A DNA stretch of 64,000 bases from Candidatus Doudnabacteria bacterium (GTDB taxonomy: Bacteria; Patescibacteriota; Doudnabacteria; UBA920). Under the pieces are notes generated by a model, which searched no databases, had not been told where the DNA came from, and saw nothing but the letters and a program-made list of their open reading frames with translations. Made by a program: the position numbers and the translations under genes. The DNA lies in contig CAVYGQ010000001.1 of NCBI GenBank assembly GCA_963768175.1, positions 318,305-382,304 on the forward strand. The letters are read 5' to 3'. Below, piece after piece: positions 18,089 to 27,699 of the stretch; within the stretch, counting starts at the first letter, position 1; every line of letters starts with the position of its first letter.

Positions 18089-18292
18089 AAGACCTCTTGC
18101 GAGATAACATTTTGGCTAATTTCCCCAAACTTCGGGTTTGAGCCGGCACTGGCGAAGCCAGATGCCATCAAAGCTCTGCAAAACCCTCAAAACTCCTCCG
18201 CTTAGCTACTTAGCTAAACATCGTCGTTTGTTCGGGTTTTTCGCTCGAAGTTTGTAAAAATTATTTCAAAAGCTTATCTCGCAAGACGTCTT
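18089..18292. mobile_element. MITE-like element with 19-bp terminal inverted repeats
   Basis: aagacctcttgcgagataa / ttatctcgcaagacgtctt (18/19), plus an inner IR. Confidence 0.6.
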
Positions 18293-18295
18293 AGT

Positions 18296-18859
18296 ATGGA
18301 AGAAATTTTGGATTCGGAACTAATTAAGCAATATTTTAAAGGAGACGAACGGGCGCTAGACACTTTGGTCCGGCGCTATTTTAAGCAGGTATTCTTTTTT
18401 GCCAAGACTTACGTAAAAAATGACGCCGAAGCCGAAGACATAACCCAGGAGGTGTTCGTTAAAGCCTGGAAAAATTTAAGCAAATTTGAGCCGGACAAAA
18501 AATTCAAAACCTGGCTGTTCCAAATTACCAAAAATACCTGCATTGACTTTTTACGCAAGCACAAAAATTTTGTGGCCTCCGAGTCCTTAGACGAGCAGCA
18601 AATGGCGGAAAATTTGGAAAGGATTATAGACAAAGCCCCTTTGCCGGAGGAACTGTTTTTGGCCGCGGAGTTTTCCCAAAAACTGGATGAGGTTTTAAGC
18701 CGCCTGCCCAAAATTTACGAAACGGTGGTGGTTTTGCATTTGCAGCACGATTTAACTTTTCAGGAAATTTCCGAAGTCTTAGACGAGTCTATAAATACCA
18801 TTAAAAGCCGCTATAGGCGCGCTTTACTTATAATTAGGGAAGGTTTTGAGCAACATTAA
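18296..18859 (+). CDS. ECF sigma-70 factor
   Basis: AEDITQEVFVKAW, FKTWLFQI..N.CID, region 4 TIKSRYRRA. Confidence 0.95.
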   Translation: MEEILDSELIKQYFKGDERALDTLVRRYFKQVFFFAKTYVKNDAEAEDITQEVFVKAWKNLSKFEPDKKFKTWLFQITKNTCIDFLRKHKNFVASESLDEQQMAENLERIIDKAPLPEELFLAAEFSQKLDEVLSRLPKIYETVVVLHLQHDLTFQEISEVLDESINTIKSRYRRALLIIREGFEQH

Positions 18860-18924
18860 GCTTAAAAACGGTTATTTTTGCACCAAAAAGCCAAAAATAT
18901 CGTATAATTAATAAGGTTAAGACT

Positions 18925-19395
18925 ATGAAAATAACTTCCCAACAACCCGACCAGGACCAAACGGCTTTAGAGCAGGCTATTAAAAGGCATCTTGAGCAAA
19001 ACCATTTGCCCGATTTTGGCAATTACCTTTTGGACGAAGTCTTAAACCGCCTGGATTACGAACGCGAGCTGAAAATTTTAAAGCCCAAACTTTGGACGGC
19101 CGTAGGTATTTTTCTGGCCGGCCTAGGGCTCTTGGCCTTAGCCGCCGGCATCTCCTGGCAAGCTTTCGCCCAAACCCCCACCCAGCATTATTTTTCTTTA
19201 ATATTCACCGATTTTAATTCAATAATAATCAACTGGCAGGACTATACTTTAGGAGTTTTGGAAAGCTTACCTTTGGGGGCACTGGCAATCCTGCTATCCA
19301 GTCTGCTTGGCAGTATTGTACTGGTGGATTTAGCCACGCACCGTCTGTTGAATTTTCGCAAAGCCTTAAACGCCGCCCATTACGTGCACCGTTAA
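18925..19395 (+). CDS. Two-TM protein, probable anti-sigma factor
   Basis: Directly after the ECF sigma; two hydrophobic segments. Confidence 0.6.
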   Translation: MKITSQQPDQDQTALEQAIKRHLEQNHLPDFGNYLLDEVLNRLDYERELKILKPKLWTAVGIFLAGLGLLALAAGISWQAFAQTPTQHYFSLIFTDFNSIIINWQDYTLGVLESLPLGALAILLSSLLGSIVLVDLATHRLLNFRKALNAAHYVHR

Positions 19396-19446
19396 AAATT
19401 GGCGGAAGATTAGACATCCATCCTTTGAAGTATTAACTATAAATAT

Positions 19447-19953
19447 ATGGAGATCCCTAACGGGGCAAAAAATAACCCCCCCGACGACAAACCCAAAGGC
19501 AGCGCTTTAAGCCCGGTTTTTAACAAAACTCCGCACTCTAAAACATTCAAATTTATTATAGTGTTTTTGGCGGAACTGATCCTTTTGGTAGGAGTCTTCT
19601 CCCTGGGTGTAAATGTCGGGATTAAAAAGGCCGGCTTTACTTACGCCTGGAGCCAAAATTATTTTAACAACTTTGGCGGACGCAGCCCCCTTGTCCCGCC
19701 GCCTCCCAGCGGCCAGTTTTTTAATGCCCACGGGTTGGACGGCACCATTTTGACGCTCGACAAAAATACCGTAATTATCAAGGACGAAGACAACAACGAA
19801 AAAACTTTGGTAATTTCACCGCAAACTACCATACGGCAAAACTTCCAGAACATCCAAGCCGGTAATTTAAAAATTGGCGAAGAAATAATTGTCATCGGCG
19901 AGCCGAACCCGCAGGGCCAAATTGACGCTAAACTAATAAGAGTTTTAAACTAA
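19447..19953 (+). CDS. Membrane-anchored OB-fold-like protein
   Basis: One TM followed by beta-rich G.I...T.I...L..G..I.VIG..A..IRV. Confidence 0.7.
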   Translation: MEIPNGAKNNPPDDKPKGSALSPVFNKTPHSKTFKFIIVFLAELILLVGVFSLGVNVGIKKAGFTYAWSQNYFNNFGGRSPLVPPPPSGQFFNAHGLDGTILTLDKNTVIIKDEDNNEKTLVISPQTTIRQNFQNIQAGNLKIGEEIIVIGEPNPQGQIDAKLIRVLN

Positions 19954-19962
19954 CAAAAAAAT

Positions 19963-21738
19963 ATGCCAAACGACATCCCCGCCAAAGGCGGAAAAACATT
20001 TTTTAAATCTTTGCTCTCCGGCAAAAAAAAGTATATGGTCTTAATTGTTTTGCTTATTGCCGGCTATTTTATTTATAAGCACTATTCGGGCTCCGGCGCC
20101 CCCACGCGCTATGTTTTAGGCCAGGCCAGCACACAAACTATTGTCACTTCCGTTTCCGGGACCGGACAGGTCTCGCAAAACAGGACGGTTAACATAACCG
20201 CGCCAAGTTCCGGCAAACTTACGGCTATAAGCGTAATACAGGGCCAGCAAATTAAAGCCGGACAAACCATAGCAATAGTAGATGAAACCAACAACACCAT
20301 TGCGCTAAACCAGGCTAAGGCATCCCTTGCCAGCGCCCAAGCCAGTTACGACCAGGTTATGGCCGGAGCCACCAGCCAAAGCATCCAGCTGTCCCAGCTT
20401 ACCGTGCAGTCCGACCAGCAGGCTTTGGATAATGCCAGTACCAGTTTGGCAACCGTAATCAAACAACAAGACCAGGCCGTGGCCAACGCGCTAAGCGCCT
20501 ACTTAAACGCGGGATTACAGGCCGTTCCGAGTTCCGGCAACAACAGCAACGGAACCATCGCCATTTCAGGAACCTATACCGGCACCGACCAGGGCGCATA
20601 TACCATTACCACCTACAACACCGGCGGGGGATTGGAATACGTAGTCAGCGGGCTGGAAACGGCCAGCGGGCCCATAAACAAAGTCTCGCCCATAGCTTTG
20701 GGAACCAAAGTCCTGTTTATGCAATTTACCGGAAATTTTTTGAACAACGACAGCTGGACGGTCTCTATCCCAAACTTATTGGCCTCAAGCTACAGCTCCG
20801 CTTATAACGCTTACCAAAATGCCTTAACCAGCCAGACCTCGGCGGAAGCCACCGCCCAAAACCAGGTACAAAGCGCCCAGAACAAACTACAGCAGGACCA
20901 AATAAACCTAAGTGTCCTTGAGGAGCCGCCCACCAACCAGCAGGTAGAAAGCGCCCAAGCTTCTTTGACGCAGGCCCAAGCCCAGCTGCAAAACGCGCAA
21001 ATCGCCTACCAAAATAATATTTTAAGTTCTCCTTTTGACGGCCAAGTCGCGCAGTTAAACAACCAGGTCGGCGACCAGGTTACCGCCTCCACAATTATCG
21101 CGGTGGTGGTCAGCCCGCAGTCGTTGGCCGTAATACCGCTTAACGAAGTGGACGTGGCAAAAGTTAAACTCAGCGATAAAGCCACTATGACTTTTGATGC
21201 CGTGAACGGCCTGACCATTACCGGCACCGTGGTGGAAATTGACAACATCGGCACGGTCAGCCAGGGAGTGGTAAACTATAACGTAAAAATTGCTTTTGAC
21301 ACCGAAGATCCGCGCGTTAAACCGGGTATGAGCGTAAATGTTTCTGTCATTACCGATATCCAAGCCGACGTTTTGGCCGTGCCCAACTCGGCCATCCAGA
21401 CCCAAGGAACCCAAAACTATGTGCAAATTTTGGATCCGACCAAAACCCAAAGTACTACGGGCGTAACCGGCGTAACCTCATCTGTGATACCGACTAATGT
21501 AGTCGTGCAAACCGGCGCCTCCGACGACACCTACACGCAAATTACCAGCGGCAGCCTGAAAGCCGGCGATACCGTGGTCACGCAAACCATTGCGACCACC
21601 GCGACTAAATCCGCGGCCTCCACGGCAACCAGCGCTTTAAGGCTCGGCGGTGGCGGAGGATTCGGCGGCGGAGGCGGAGCCGCGGTCATAAGAACAACCA
21701 CGGGCGGCAGCGCAGCTCCAGCAGCGGCGGGAAGATAG
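19963..21738 (+). CDS. Efflux membrane-fusion (MacA/HlyD-like) adaptor
   Basis: VSGTGQV, lipoyl half-motifs, long coiled coil, SPFDGQV, KPGMSV. Confidence 0.92.
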   Translation: MPNDIPAKGGKTFFKSLLSGKKKYMVLIVLLIAGYFIYKHYSGSGAPTRYVLGQASTQTIVTSVSGTGQVSQNRTVNITAPSSGKLTAISVIQGQQIKAGQTIAIVDETNNTIALNQAKASLASAQASYDQVMAGATSQSIQLSQLTVQSDQQALDNASTSLATVIKQQDQAVANALSAYLNAGLQAVPSSGNNSNGTIAISGTYTGTDQGAYTITTYNTGGGLEYVVSGLETASGPINKVSPIALGTKVLFMQFTGNFLNNDSWTVSIPNLLASSYSSAYNAYQNALTSQTSAEATAQNQVQSAQNKLQQDQINLSVLEEPPTNQQVESAQASLTQAQAQLQNAQIAYQNNILSSPFDGQVAQLNNQVGDQVTASTIIAVVVSPQSLAVIPLNEVDVAKVKLSDKATMTFDAVNGLTITGTVVEIDNIGTVSQGVVNYNVKIAFDTEDPRVKPGMSVNVSVITDIQADVLAVPNSAIQTQGTQNYVQILDPTKTQSTTGVTGVTSSVIPTNVVVQTGASDDTYTQITSGSLKAGDTVVTQTIATTATKSAASTATSALRLGGGGGFGGGGGAAVIRTTTGGSAAPAAAGR

Positions 21739-21849
21739 GACAAATGACAAAAATGACATAAATTAAAAAAATAATAAAAATTATCCGCGACCTTGCAGTT
21801 TATTTTTGTCATTCTTGTTCATTTTTGTTCATTTTTGTCATTACTCTTT

Positions 21850-22554
21850 ATGATTGAAGTCCAAAATGTTACAAAAACTTATACAAGCGGCGATAACTCA
21901 ACCCAGGCGCTAAAAGGCGTAACCTTTACAATTAAAGACGGCGAGTTTGTGGCAATTATGGGGCCTTCCGGCAGCGGCAAATCCACGCTCATGCATATTA
22001 TCGGCGCGCTGGACACGCCGACTTCGGGCAAATATTTCCTGGACGGCAAGGATGTTTCCGAACTTAGCGAAGAGCAGTTGGCGGAAATCCGCAAAGACAA
22101 AATCGGTTTTGTTTTCCAATCCTTTAACCTCTTGCCAAGGACTACGGTTTTAAGGAACGTGGAATTACCCTTAATGTATGCCGAAGTGCCAAAGGCAAAG
22201 CGTGAAGAACTGGCCAAGCAAGCACTTTTGGCCGCCGGCATGGATGAAGAGCACTTTTCCCACTTTTCCAACCAACTTTCCGGCGGGCAAATGCAAAGAG
22301 TAGCCATAGCCCGGGCTTTAGTAAACAACCCTACTTTAATTTTGGCGGATGAGCCCACCGGCAATTTGGACACTAAAACCGGGGAAATTGTGCTTGGCAC
22401 CTTCCAAAAATTAAACAAAGAAGGCCATACGGTTATTTTAATTACCCACGAACGCGACGTGGCCGAACACGCGCAAAGAATCATCCACATCCGCGACGGG
22501 GTGGTACAAAATGACGGGAACTCGCACCAACCAAAAATTATTAATCTTAATTAA
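21850..22554 (+). CDS. ABC ATPase (MacB/LolD type)
   Basis: GPSGSGKST, LSGGQMQRV, LADEPTGNLD. Confidence 0.96.
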   Translation: MIEVQNVTKTYTSGDNSTQALKGVTFTIKDGEFVAIMGPSGSGKSTLMHIIGALDTPTSGKYFLDGKDVSELSEEQLAEIRKDKIGFVFQSFNLLPRTTVLRNVELPLMYAEVPKAKREELAKQALLAAGMDEEHFSHFSNQLSGGQMQRVAIARALVNNPTLILADEPTGNLDTKTGEIVLGTFQKLNKEGHTVILITHERDVAEHAQRIIHIRDGVVQNDGNSHQPKIINLN

Positions 22555-22628
22555 TCCGCCTTAGGCAGGCCGGTTGTAATTTTTATCAATTACCGTAAAA
22601 ACGCAATCAAGCAAAAAATCTAACAATT

Positions 22629-23858
22629 ATGTTGAACAAAGATTTATTTGAAGAAACCTACTGGGCGCTATCCGCCAACAAAGTCAGGACTTCCCTGACT
22701 ATGCTGGGCATTATTATTGGCATCGGCTCGGTTATTGCCATGATAGCCGTCGGCCAAGGCTCGCAAGCCAGCATTGCCTCCAGCATCCAGGCTTCCGGCG
22801 CCAATTTGCTGACCGTAACGCCGGGCGCGGTCAGGGGAGTCGGCACGCAAGTCAGCGCCGGCCGCGGCAGCGCGCAAACTTTGTTGCAAACCGATGCCGA
22901 CGCCATTTCCAGCGGCGTGGCTCTGGTCAAGGAAGTATCCCCGGAATTTGCCACGCGCGACCAAATTACCGCCAAAGGCACCAATACCAACACGCAGGTC
23001 ATCGGCAGCACGCAAAATTATATAGATGTCCATAACGTACAAATTGACCAGGGTGCCTTTATTACCGCCCAGGAAAACACCTCTTTGGCCAAGGTCGCCG
23101 TTTTGGGGCCCACAACGGCGGGCGACTTATTCGGCGTGGGAGCCAACGCGGTAGGCCAAACCATAAAAATCAACAGCCAAGAATTTAAAGTCATCGGCGT
23201 AACCGTGGCCAAAGGAGGTACCGGTTTTAATAACCCGGACACTGCCGTGTTTATTCCGCTGGACACAGTTGAGCACTTTTTGGCCGGCGATACGACCGGT
23301 TATTTAACCAGCATTGCCGTCCAGGTACAGGACGCCAACTCCATGGACGCGGCGCAAAACCAAATTACCAACTTGCTGCTTAGCCGCCATCAAATTACCG
23401 ATCCGACACTTGCGGATTTTAGCATTATTAACCAGGCAGACATTTTAGCCAGCGCCTCCACCGTTACGGGCACATTCACGATTTTGCTGGCCTCGGTCGC
23501 GGCTATTTCGCTTTTGGTCGGCGGTATTGGCATTATGAACATGATGCTGACCACGGTAACCGAACGCACCCGGGAAATCGGGCTTAGAAAAGCCATTGGC
23601 GCGCAGAAAAACGACATTACCAAACAATTCCTAAGCGAAGCCATAGCTTTAACTTTTTTGGGCGGTATTATTGGAATTGTTTTTGGCTGGCTTTTGGCTT
23701 TAGGCGTGCAGCATTTCGCCAACATTGCCGCGCAGGTTTCCTTGTCTTCCATCTTTTTGGCTTTCGGGGTTTCCGCCGCCATCGGTATAATATTCGGCTA
23801 CTATCCGGCGCGACGCGCCGCGGCACTGAACCCAATAGAAGCGTTGAGGTACGAATAA
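22629..23858 (+). CDS. MacB/FtsX-like ABC permease
   Basis: LTMLGIIIGI, GGIGIMNMML.TV.ERTREIG, PA.RAA.LNPIEALRYE. Confidence 0.96.
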   Translation: MLNKDLFEETYWALSANKVRTSLTMLGIIIGIGSVIAMIAVGQGSQASIASSIQASGANLLTVTPGAVRGVGTQVSAGRGSAQTLLQTDADAISSGVALVKEVSPEFATRDQITAKGTNTNTQVIGSTQNYIDVHNVQIDQGAFITAQENTSLAKVAVLGPTTAGDLFGVGANAVGQTIKINSQEFKVIGVTVAKGGTGFNNPDTAVFIPLDTVEHFLAGDTTGYLTSIAVQVQDANSMDAAQNQITNLLLSRHQITDPTLADFSIINQADILASASTVTGTFTILLASVAAISLLVGGIGIMNMMLTTVTERTREIGLRKAIGAQKNDITKQFLSEAIALTFLGGIIGIVFGWLLALGVQHFANIAAQVSLSSIFLAFGVSAAIGIIFGYYPARRAAALNPIEALRYE

Positions 23859-23966
23859 ATCATGTAAGCATTTAAGCATACAAACATTTTAACACTCGGG
23901 TAAATTCGCGATGCTTAAATGTTTACATGTTTAGATGTTTAAATGAATAATTAACTAAGGACCAAC

Positions 23967-24413
23967 ATGACAAGCAAACAATGGATTATCTTGATAGTGG
24001 TTGCGGTAGTTTTCGCGGGCGGCGGTTTTTTTGGCGGGATGAAATACCAGGCCTCTAAGACTCCGGCTGTAGCCGTAAGGACAAGCACGGCTGGCGCCGC
24101 AGGAGCGGCGGGAGCTTTTGCCGGACGCAGAAGTGGTACAGGAGCCAACGCCAGCTTTATTAGCGGTGACGTGCTTAGCGTAAACGGCAATACCATTACC
24201 GTTAAGTTGGCAAGCGGCGGCTCGCAAGTCGCGGTACTCGCCCCTTCCACCCAATACCGCAAAGCGGTTGACGGCACAAGCGCGGACGTGGCCGTAGGCA
24301 GCCAGGTTACCATAACCGGCACCACCAATTCCGACGGCAGTTTAACGGCCCAAAGCGTGCAAATCCGCACGGCAAGTTCAACCTCTCCCGGTATGGGAAT
24401 GCCTCCGCAATAG
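23967..24413 (+). CDS. Membrane-anchored OB-fold (DUF5666-like) protein
   Basis: GGGFFGGMKY TM, G.TNSDGSLTAQSVQI. Confidence 0.75.
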   Translation: MTSKQWIILIVVAVVFAGGGFFGGMKYQASKTPAVAVRTSTAGAAGAAGAFAGRRSGTGANASFISGDVLSVNGNTITVKLASGGSQVAVLAPSTQYRKAVDGTSADVAVGSQVTITGTTNSDGSLTAQSVQIRTASSTSPGMGMPPQ

Positions 24414-24482
24414 CATTTTTAAAAATCCCCGTCACGGTGAATCGGGGCGGGGATTTATGCTATAATAGAAGTATTAAACTTA

Positions 24483-24550
24483 TATTAGCTCCTCGGCTCG
24501 GAAACTTAAAAGTCAAACTTTTAAGTTTCTCTCGCTCTACGTCGCTAATA
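24483..24550. repeat. Conserved leader element with a variable hairpin; second copy at 48262-48317
   Basis: tattagctcctcggctcgg-[hairpin]-ctctcgctctacgtcgctaata in both copies. Confidence 0.85.
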
Positions 24551-24556
24551 AAAAGC

Positions 24557-25222
24557 ATGGATACACACCCAACGGCAGGAATCGTCCAAAGATACCTCTC
24601 CCTAAAATCGCATAAAGTTTTTTACCTCCAGCTAGTTACGGGAATTTTATTTTTGTCCCTTAGCCTGTTTTTCAATTACTACGCGCAGGCCTACACCGCC
24701 ACCCACTCCACCAACAACTCCGTCAGCGATATTATTTTAGACCACTTGCCGGCCAAAAACGTGGACGACGTGTTTTTGGAAGGCTTTATGATTTTTATCG
24801 CTTTTGTCACGGTGCTGGCCATCCACAAACCCAGCCGTATTCCGTTTATCCTCAAAGCCTCGGCTTTGTTTATTTTTACCCGCGCAATTTTTATTACCTT
24901 AACGCATTTGGCGCCGCCCGCCCACATGACCACGGTCAACGCGGTAAGTTTTTGGGAAAGATTGCTTTCCGGTTCCGGGGATGACCTATTTTTTTCCGGC
25001 CATACGGGGTTTCCGTATTTAATGGCGTTGATTTTTTGGCAAAACAAATACCTGCGCTGGCTGTTTTTGGCAACTGCCGTCTTTTTTGGCGGAGCGGTGC
25101 TTTTGGGGCACCTGCACTATTCTATAGACGTTTTTTCGGCCTTCTTTATAACCTACGGCATTTTCAACATTGCCAAGCGCATATTTAAAAAAGATTACGA
25201 ATTTTTTCCTTATCATAAATGA
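24557..25222 (+). CDS. PAP2-superfamily (sphingomyelin-synthase-like) membrane protein
   Basis: DLFFSGHT, HLHYSIDV. Confidence 0.9.
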   Translation: MDTHPTAGIVQRYLSLKSHKVFYLQLVTGILFLSLSLFFNYYAQAYTATHSTNNSVSDIILDHLPAKNVDDVFLEGFMIFIAFVTVLAIHKPSRIPFILKASALFIFTRAIFITLTHLAPPAHMTTVNAVSFWERLLSGSGDDLFFSGHTGFPYLMALIFWQNKYLRWLFLATAVFFGGAVLLGHLHYSIDVFSAFFITYGIFNIAKRIFKKDYEFFPYHK

Positions 25223-25235
25223 GACAACCAGGCAT

Positions 25236-25970
25236 ATGGAAAATAACGAACATTCAATTATCCATCACTTAATCTCGGAAAAACGCCGCATAGGCAGAAT
25301 CTCCCAAATTAGGGAACTAATATTCGGGGCCCAGGACGGTTTATTAACTTCCATAATTATTGTATCTACGGTGGCAGGGGCTTTTACCGACAGCCGCGTG
25401 GTGTTAATAACAGGCGTTGCACAAGGCCTGGCCGGCGCCATTTCCATGGGTACGGGAGCTTTTCTGGCCTCCGAGGCGGAACATCAAGTTCAACATGCCG
25501 AGCTTATAAAAGAGAGGGCTGCCAACAGACATTCACCGGAAGAAGAAAAAGAAGAAATGTTATTATTGTTTGAGCATGAAGACGTGCCTAAGCATAATGC
25601 TACGGTAATCGTTGAAAATTTGATGACCAGCGAAAAAGCTTTCTTTAATACCATGGTACAAAAGGAATTCGGCATTGACCCGGCGCCTTCTACCACACCT
25701 TTGGCCGACAGCTTTGTAGTTGGGACATCGTATCTTATTACTTCATTTGTGCCGCTTCTGCCTTACTTTTTTTTACCGGTTAAACACGCGCTTTTTTACT
25801 CCATATCATTTACCATTTTTACATTATTCGGATTGGGGGCATTGAAAGCCAAATTCGCCAAGTTGCATTATATCAAAAGCGGCTTGCAAATAGTCGTTAT
25901 CGGAGCCTTATCCGGCCTGGGAGGCTACTTGCTCGGCACAGTTTTGCCGAGGGTGTTGGGAATTAAATAG
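25236..25970 (+). CDS. VIT1/CCC1 family metal transporter
   Basis: FGAQDGL, AGAISMG.G.FL. Confidence 0.92.
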   Translation: MENNEHSIIHHLISEKRRIGRISQIRELIFGAQDGLLTSIIIVSTVAGAFTDSRVVLITGVAQGLAGAISMGTGAFLASEAEHQVQHAELIKERAANRHSPEEEKEEMLLLFEHEDVPKHNATVIVENLMTSEKAFFNTMVQKEFGIDPAPSTTPLADSFVVGTSYLITSFVPLLPYFFLPVKHALFYSISFTIFTLFGLGALKAKFAKLHYIKSGLQIVVIGALSGLGGYLLGTVLPRVLGIK

Positions 25971-26073
25971 CCAAAATAAGTTCTTACTAAATAAAAAGAC
26001 TCTGCCTGGCGCGGAGTCTTTTTATGGTGGGCACTATTTGACAAAGTTGGAACAGAAATAGCTAAAAATATGG

Positions 26074-26736
26074 CTACAGTTTTTTAATTTCGGCAGTTGC
26101 TGTTCCGGATTTTTTATTAATTTTGTAAGGCCCAATCTTATAGCCCATTTCTTTTGCCAAAACTCGGTACATTGATGCTTTGGCTTTTTCATCTTCAGCA
26201 AAATTTTCTCCTTCAACAAAAAATTGAACAATGTTTCTTCCGCTACTTACAGCGTCCAAAATATTTTCTCTGTACCCTTCTCTCTTTTTTGCAATTTCTT
26301 CAGGTGGACTGCCTTTGTCAGCTAAAAGCTGCCAATATTTTTCAGAGTATTGACTGTCTCTGTCGGTCGCTATTTCCGCAGCCCCTAGTTGTTGCCTTAA
26401 TCTTGCAATTTCAGCAGCGTCTTCATTTCGTCTTTGGGCATGTGCTTCGGCCTTAAAAGGTTTTAAAATTCTGCGTTCGCCATTTTGACCAACGGCCACG
26501 GCTTCAAAATCTGTGCCTTCTCCCTTGTTTATTACAAAACTTTCTCCTTCGTTCAACGGGATAAAATTCCCTTCAGGATCCCTTACTCCTGTTTCTTTAC
26601 CGTTTTCAATTCTTGGTTGCCATAACTGCCTTTCTGATAAAGCCGAGCCGGGTCGGCGCAAGTTTGTTGTTGAATTTTTAGAAGGTTGATTATTTTTATC
26701 CTGAAAATCAGGGTTATCAAATTGTCCTGGGCGCAT
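26074..26736 (-). CDS. Hypothetical protein
   Basis: 220-aa ORF; hairpin aaagactc...gagtctttt at ~25995-26023 downstream. Confidence 0.7.
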   Translation of the reverse strand: MRPGQFDNPDFQDKNNQPSKNSTTNLRRPGSALSERQLWQPRIENGKETGVRDPEGNFIPLNEGESFVINKGEGTDFEAVAVGQNGERRILKPFKAEAHAQRRNEDAAEIARLRQQLGAAEIATDRDSQYSEKYWQLLADKGSPPEEIAKKREGYRENILDAVSSGRNIVQFFVEGENFAEDEKAKASMYRVLAKEMGYKIGPYKINKKSGTATAEIKKL

Positions 26737-26845
26737 ATAAAAAAATTTAATGCTAAAATCCTTTGCTTAAAATATAGCAAATTTTGGCTTAAAATAACAG
26801 GTGGATAAGGCCTTTGACACATCCAAATTGTTCAGGTATAATTCT

Positions 26846-26950
26846 TATGTGCTTGTGGACCTAGTCCTGTTCGGCTAAGGCAATAGCCAGTAAGCCGAAA
26901 AGCAAGCACACAATAGAATAATTTTAAAACGACCAGGCTGGTCGTTTTTT
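26846..26950 (+). ncRNA. Candidate small structured RNA (three-way junction plus terminator)
   Basis: Perfect TTGACA-17-TATAAT at 26814-26842; stems tgtgcttg/caagcaca, ggac/gtcc, ttcggct/agccgaa; terminator 26926-26952. Confidence 0.65.
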
Positions 26951-26958
26951 TATATTCT

Positions 26959-27423
26959 TCATTCGTCGCTCATCCGGACAGAACCGAATACCTTATGCCC
27001 GTTTATTTCCGTCCAATAGGGCATTACGCTCCAAAAGTTATACTGTCCATTTTCGACCTGCCTTACAATCGCTTTCACCCTGGTTTTTTTATTCAAGACA
27101 GCCCAAAATGCGTAGTAATGAACTTTAACTGCCGGTCGCAATCCTTGCGCATCTTTTAAGCCGGCGGCTTCTAAAGTGGCCCGGTATTCCTGAATAGTTG
27201 ACGATAATTTTATTGTCTCAACCGCGGCAGCGATATGCGATAGTTTATTTCTGCGTTCCAGCTTACTCCTTTCCTTAAGAGAGCGGTCATAGCGAAGATG
27301 GTGAAACCCTTCAGAAGTAAAATGTACCTCGGCATTTAAAGCTGGGCATTTTACTTTATCAATTTTTTTATAAAACTCTTTTGCTTCAAAGAGTAACTTT
27401 TTAAATGGGTCGTTGGCGTCCAT
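26959..27423 (-). CDS. Basic protein, putative RelE/BECR-fold nuclease
   Basis: CPAL..EVHF..EGFHHL.Y and a C-terminal beta-run ending FWSVMP. Confidence 0.6.
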   Translation of the reverse strand: MDANDPFKKLLFEAKEFYKKIDKVKCPALNAEVHFTSEGFHHLRYDRSLKERSKLERRNKLSHIAAAVETIKLSSTIQEYRATLEAAGLKDAQGLRPAVKVHYYAFWAVLNKKTRVKAIVRQVENGQYNFWSVMPYWTEINGHKVFGSVRMSDE

Positions 27424-27489
27424 ATCGCTTTTTTGGAAAACTACTCTTATTTTTGCACCTTATTACCTAAAAGTCAAAATATTACTTAA

Positions 27490-27523
27490 AGCAAAAGCCG
27501 CCAAATATTTTGGCGGCTTTTGC
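27490..27523 (-). terminator. Rho-independent terminator after tRNA-Tyr
   Basis: gcaaaagccgccaaa-tat-tttggcggcttttgc. Confidence 0.8.
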
Positions 27524-27611
27524 TGGTGGGCAGGGAGGGATTCGAACCCCCGTAGCCAGTGAAGGCGTCGCGTCTACAGCGCGATGTAATTGACCGCTCT
27601 ACCACCTGCCC
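27524..27611 (-). tRNA. tRNA-Tyr(GTA)
   Basis: GGGCAGG/CCTGCCC, TCGCG-CTGTAGA-CGCGA, long variable arm, TTCGAAT loop, ACCA. Confidence 0.96.
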
Positions 27612-27699
27612 AAACATTACTTATTCTATCATTTATCGGACAATTTGGTCAATCCTGCCTGAGACTAAGCTTACTTTGATTATAAAAATATTTCAGTAA

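Noticed and set aside
21879-23782. Long antisense ORFs opposite the ABC genes (and similar shadows over ahcY, gpmI, iscS)
   Set aside because: Shadow frames of well-supported genes with no motifs of their own.
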